From Candidatus Cloacimonadota bacterium (GTDB taxonomy: Bacteria; Cloacimonadota; Cloacimonadia; JGIOTU-2): a stretch of DNA of 64,000 nucleotides. A program made the translations under genes and the position numbers. This document shows positions 61,601 to 64,000 of the stretch, in pieces (the stretch's first letter is position 1; every line of letters begins with the position of its first letter). Where the stretch lies: assembly GCA_049903315.1 (NCBI GenBank), contig JBNGBT010000006.1:96001-160000 (forward strand), in the 5' to 3' direction. The notes beneath the pieces were generated by a model. The model saw only the letters and a program-made list of their open reading frames with translations, was not told the origin of the DNA and ran no database searches.

Positions 61601-61781
61601 CGACACCTTTGATGAAAAAGTCTTTACTATCAACTTGTAATTTCCATCCAAGATTATCATGATACGTCGTTACCTTTTCTGGTGTTGATGCATAAATGAC
61701 CGTATAAATACATAAGAAAACAACTGTCAGAAAAAAACTGATCAACCTTTTTTGTTGCGTTTCACTACTTAATTTAATCAT
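58653..61781 (-). CDS. Clan GH-A (GH2-like TIM barrel) glycosidase with C-terminal putative outer-membrane beta-barrel
   Basis: Signal-like N-terminus; FFIKGV.W, GINTIR, GNESNY (acid/base), LGVNSY, TEFG (nucleophile), FEWRDEWWK; ~600-aa beta-strand-rich C-terminus ending GVYFKIDF. Confidence 0.75.
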   Translation of the reverse strand: MIKLSSETQQKRLISFFLTVVFLCIYTVIYASTPEKVTTYHDNLGWKLQVDSKDFFIKGVVWGYTPKGENYAYNLWANTDEQIMKTLDYECNLMTKAGINTIRSFGLIPPKWITYIYEKHGIMTIVNHLMGRYGYNIGGAWIERTNYSDELTRQTLKRDILELVKQYKDTPGVLMFALGNESNYGLEWSSFEIEDLPVGEQHREKAKSLYSLFNEIIHAGKEIDHNHPFSIVNGDIQYLDLIVEYCPDLDILGVNSYRGISFTDMWERVDKELDLPVMLTEFGSDAFNALTNQEDQKAQAEIIKGNWQEIYNKSYGKGEEGNVIGGCIFEWRDEWWKYLQVENLYVHDKHASWSNGGYSFDFVKGRNNMNEEWYGICALGDPNDDGVYTARPRAAYDVLSNIWSIDPYKVDKTTMNEFIDDIDMKVMSLTGDVRLLQEEKKKNDAIHLSGGSLEGDLVFNGKSRDIEKNGKNGLDFSDGEMLFLDFDFQPTSKIWGNFTLNILGNVVDKKLEQYYGKRGEYYTSVITELNDDGLEVNTTKEIKDNERIEIYSFDANYSTENFDLSMFYHVPRFHWGYKGDFYGLMYEATDMEGMDIWNAKAPYGLEFIGKKFMPGLTIVAGPEVYWGANPKAMIKYDFGNNLFKYTLIHAEDFVRANASATATEATSRATRQTTLCMETEVIPKTKVEIGYLFSGSERLDEKFYYVDGDTTIYEDKIKFEDTQGIKAKVTYNIFGGALIDASFTYAGLVANAGNPLREFDTTMPYSALGNKIVYEGGFLLPVGNFWLLPRFLYRQNLIGPNPSIEPYTNGTNFYPGLSPRNSDSDPFAVLDNREATSGEFFLTYDPTPASYFYAWDSDYREDAGLAFSIGGNYTRYDTDTDAYLFYYQQGKTNVPFSGGLPKANVWLAKGRFIMNPSRNLKIITNIEAGKQQSTGNPERKSPQYYSLDTKFVINKKHIISAYAKKNAWGPYDWYRQFNITFPYQFMFDYSVLIDNFLNEEFSSRLGFKTIFRTLDENSPGNENSDEMNDYEFQTGVYFKIDF

Positions 61782-61820
61782 AGTCTTTCACTCCGTAAGC
61801 TATTGCATTATTTTAAGTTG

Positions 61821-61836
61821 AATGCTATATAGCAAT
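61821..61836. promoter_or_regulatory. Palindromic operator, copy 1 (core TGCTATATAGCA)
   Basis: AATGCTATATAGCAAT; core starts 30 nt after the first base of a minus-strand TTGACA (61864-61859), upstream of the GH-barrel gene. Confidence 0.75.
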
Positions 61837-61948
61837 ATTCATATCATGAAAAAAAATCTGTCAAGAAATTACAAATTTATGAAAACCTTTTGATTTTATG
61901 TGTATGTGCTGGGCTGTATATATTTGAAGAAATGCTTGGAAAACTTTA

Positions 61949-62998
61949 TCAAAAAGGGGTACAGGAATCACGCATAATTAACTGTGCTGGAAGGATTTTG
62001 TGCTCATAGTCAAGCTCATTTCCGTTAATGGAATCAATGAGCATACTGACTGCTTTTTCAGCCATAGTTCCTATTGGAGCAGCATTTGTGGTGAGTGTTG
62101 GAAAAACCTTCGATGCAACTTCTATATCATCGAAACCAATAATGCTGATATTATTAGGAATTTGCAGACCTTTTTCTTGGATCACTTTCATTGCTCCAAT
62201 AGCCATTGAATCATTTGCGCATATTATAGCAGTGGGAGGTTTTGGTAAGGATACGAAGTAATCCCCAGCAGCTTCTCCAGATTCATAAGAGTAATCTCCT
62301 CTATAGATTAATGATTTATCGTGTGGTGATCCGTTTGCCGATACTGCCTTTTTGTATCCGAGAAGCCTGTCCTTGGAAACGTCAGAATCCATGAGACCGG
62401 TAACAAAACCAATGCGTTTATGCCCGAGGGATAAAAGGTATTCAGCAGATTGATAGCAGCTGTTAAAATTATCTATTGTTACAGAAGGAATAGATTTATC
62501 TGCTGCAATATTATCAAGGAGTACGACAGGAAAATACTTTTTAACTTCTTGAATATCATCTTCAATTCTAGGAAAGCAACAGATGATGACACCATCAATC
62601 TTTTTCTGATTTTTTAGTGGGTTTAGATTATCAAAATCTGTAAACAGAGATATCGTATATCCATTCTTTCTCACAGTTTCTTCAAGTGCCTTAAAAACTA
62701 GTGAATAATATGGGCTGGAGACACCTTGTTTAATGCCTTTATCCAAGAAAAAACCGATATTCCGGGTTACTTTTGGGCTCATTTTTCTACGGCTTACAAA
62801 TGTTCCTTTGGTTGTGAGTTTATGTAAAATACCTTCCTCAACCAACTCATTCACAGCCTTGCGCACCGTCATGTAGGATGCGTTAAGTTCCTTTGCAAGA
62901 ACTCTTTCTCCTGGAATTTTTTCAGTATAGTTTCCATTCTGAATATCTTCTTTAATCTTATCCTTTATATTCACGTATTTTAGAGTAGGTTTGCTCAT
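61949..62998 (-). CDS. GntR-HTH + LacI-type sugar-binding repressor (AraR-like architecture)
   Basis: KIPGERVLA...SYMTVRKAV..L..EG....KGTFV; IDN, LGHKRIG, PTAIICANDSMAIG, SIIGFDD, PTLTT. Confidence 0.9.
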   Translation of the reverse strand: MSKPTLKYVNIKDKIKEDIQNGNYTEKIPGERVLAKELNASYMTVRKAVNELVEEGILHKLTTKGTFVSRRKMSPKVTRNIGFFLDKGIKQGVSSPYYSLVFKALEETVRKNGYTISLFTDFDNLNPLKNQKKIDGVIICCFPRIEDDIQEVKKYFPVVLLDNIAADKSIPSVTIDNFNSCYQSAEYLLSLGHKRIGFVTGLMDSDVSKDRLLGYKKAVSANGSPHDKSLIYRGDYSYESGEAAGDYFVSLPKPPTAIICANDSMAIGAMKVIQEKGLQIPNNISIIGFDDIEVASKVFPTLTTNAAPIGTMAEKAVSMLIDSINGNELDYEHKILPAQLIMRDSCTPF

Positions 62999-63277
62999 CG
63001 AGATCCTTATATTCTTATTTATTAATAATATTATTTATTATATTTGATTCATTAATAATATAGCAGAAGAAAATTCCACGGCTGATATTATAGTGAAATA
63101 ATTATCATTGCTATAGATCATATGGATACTAAAAAAGAATTTCAAATATAATTTAGTCAAGTAAACAATAAATAAATGTTTTTGATAAATATGCTATTAT
63201 ATCTATAGATATTGGATGCCAATTGATTGTTTGTAAGGGAACGATGAAGATAATTTTTTAAGTTTTTCTAAAAAAAA

Positions 63278-63321
63278 TTGACAAAAGAATTTGAAATTAA
63301 TAGAAATTGCTATATAGCATT
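63278..63321 (+). promoter_or_regulatory. Sigma70-like promoter with operator copy 2
   Basis: TTGACA (63278)-17 nt-TAGAAA; ATTGCTATATAGCATT at 63306-63321 is the exact reverse complement of copy 1. Confidence 0.75.
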
Positions 63322-63365
63322 GATAGCTCGAAATAAAAAAATACTTCAATAAAGGGAGTTTAGCA

Positions 63366-64000
63366 ATGAGAAATATAAGTTTTGTTTTGATTGCTGTGTG
63401 TTTAATTATACTTTTTAATGGATGCGATAGGATCACTGATCCTGACCCGATACCAGATCCTACACCTTCAGCCGATTATGAATTAGTATGGTCGGATGAG
63501 TTCGATCAGAGGGCAACCACTCTTGATGAAAGTAAATGGAATTACGATCTTGGCTATGGTAATGAAGGGTGGGGAAATGATGAATGGCAACTGTATACTG
63601 ACGATGTAGAAAATATTAAAGTAGAAAATGGCAATATGGTTATTACTGCGGTCTGGGATTCAACACAATTTCTCGAACCTGGAAAACGAGACGGTTCCAT
63701 CACTTCTGCTCGTGTTAATACAAAAAACAAATTTTCTATGAAATATGGAAAAATTCAGGCACGAATAAAACCTCCTACGGGTAATGGGATGTGGCCTGCG
63801 TTCTGGATGCTTGGAAATGATTATGATGTTGTTGGCTGGCCCCATTGTGGAGAAATAGATATCATGGAAATAAGTCCGTTTATCTACAATGACAAAACTG
63901 CTATGTTTACTTTACATTGGTGGGATGATGTGGACTCGACTAATGCATCTTATGGTACTACAAAACTATTCAATGTCTCATTATCAGATGATTATCATAT
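63366..64000 (+). CDS. GH16 beta-1,3-glucanase (laminarinase-type) lipoprotein, truncated by the window end
   Basis: Hand translation: MRNISF...FNGC lipobox, LVWSDEFD, GWGNDEWQLY, TSARV, YGKIQARIK, WPAFWMLG, WPHCGEIDIME. Confidence 0.9.
   Translation, partial: MRNISFVLIAVCLIILFNGCDRITDPDPIPDPTPSADYELVWSDEFDQRATTLDESKWNYDLGYGNEGWGNDEWQLYTDDVENIKVENGNMVITAVWDSTQFLEPGKRDGSITSARVNTKNKFSMKYGKIQARIKPPTGNGMWPAFWMLGNDYDVVGWPHCGEIDIMEISPFIYNDKTAMFTLHWWDDVDSTNASYGTTKLFNVSLSDDYH

Noticed and set aside
1..64000. Complete DGR cassette (RT, avd, template repeat) in the window
   Set aside because: No ORF with RT motifs and no second copy of the 26250-26450 scaffold were seen; only the target side is supported.
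57832..64000. Beta-glucan locus as an island integrated at tRNA-Glu
   Set aside because: No integrase or duplicated tRNA 3' end within the window; adjacency alone is insufficient.

Overview
Bacterial chromosomal window, AT-rich, Gram-negative (lolA, lptE), probably an anaerobe of the FCB group. Secreted proteins ending in a 'YNL/IKG.LV...KMILLR' domain suggest Cloacimonadota, but this is an inference. From left to right: an amino-acid antiporter, tyrosine decarboxylase, DUF202 and NCS2 permease block; a 1,035-bp IS256/Mutator-like IS with perfect 26-bp inverted repeats and a frameshifted transposase; a surface-glycan cluster (cytidylyltransferase-aminotransferase fusion, sulfotransferase, GT4, CDP-alcohol transferase, flippase, YfhO, GT2); manC, lolA, ftsK and ychF; an accessory patch (higBA, membrane protein, TPR protein, FISUMP lipoprotein); an 11-gene Fur/PerR-led oxidative-stress cluster; housekeeping genes (pseudouridine synthase, lptE, HTH-PTS IIA, tRNA-Ile2, uvrB, ruvB, alaS, tRNA-Lys, tRNA-Glu); two tandem beta-propeller proteins and an S8 protease with C-terminal sorting domains; a GldAFG-like ABC system; and the start of a beta-1,3-glucan locus. 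Strongest leads: (1) the 3' end of the FISUMP lipoprotein gene (~26250-26450) carries the signature of a diversity-generating retroelement variable region followed by GC-rich hairpins, with no RT or template repeat in the window, so it looks like a remote DGR target; (2) a 1,042-aa clan GH-A glycosidase apparently fused to an outer-membrane beta-barrel, sharing an identical 16-bp palindromic operator with a divergent GH16 lipoprotein gene. All calls come from reading motifs by eye; no searches were run.
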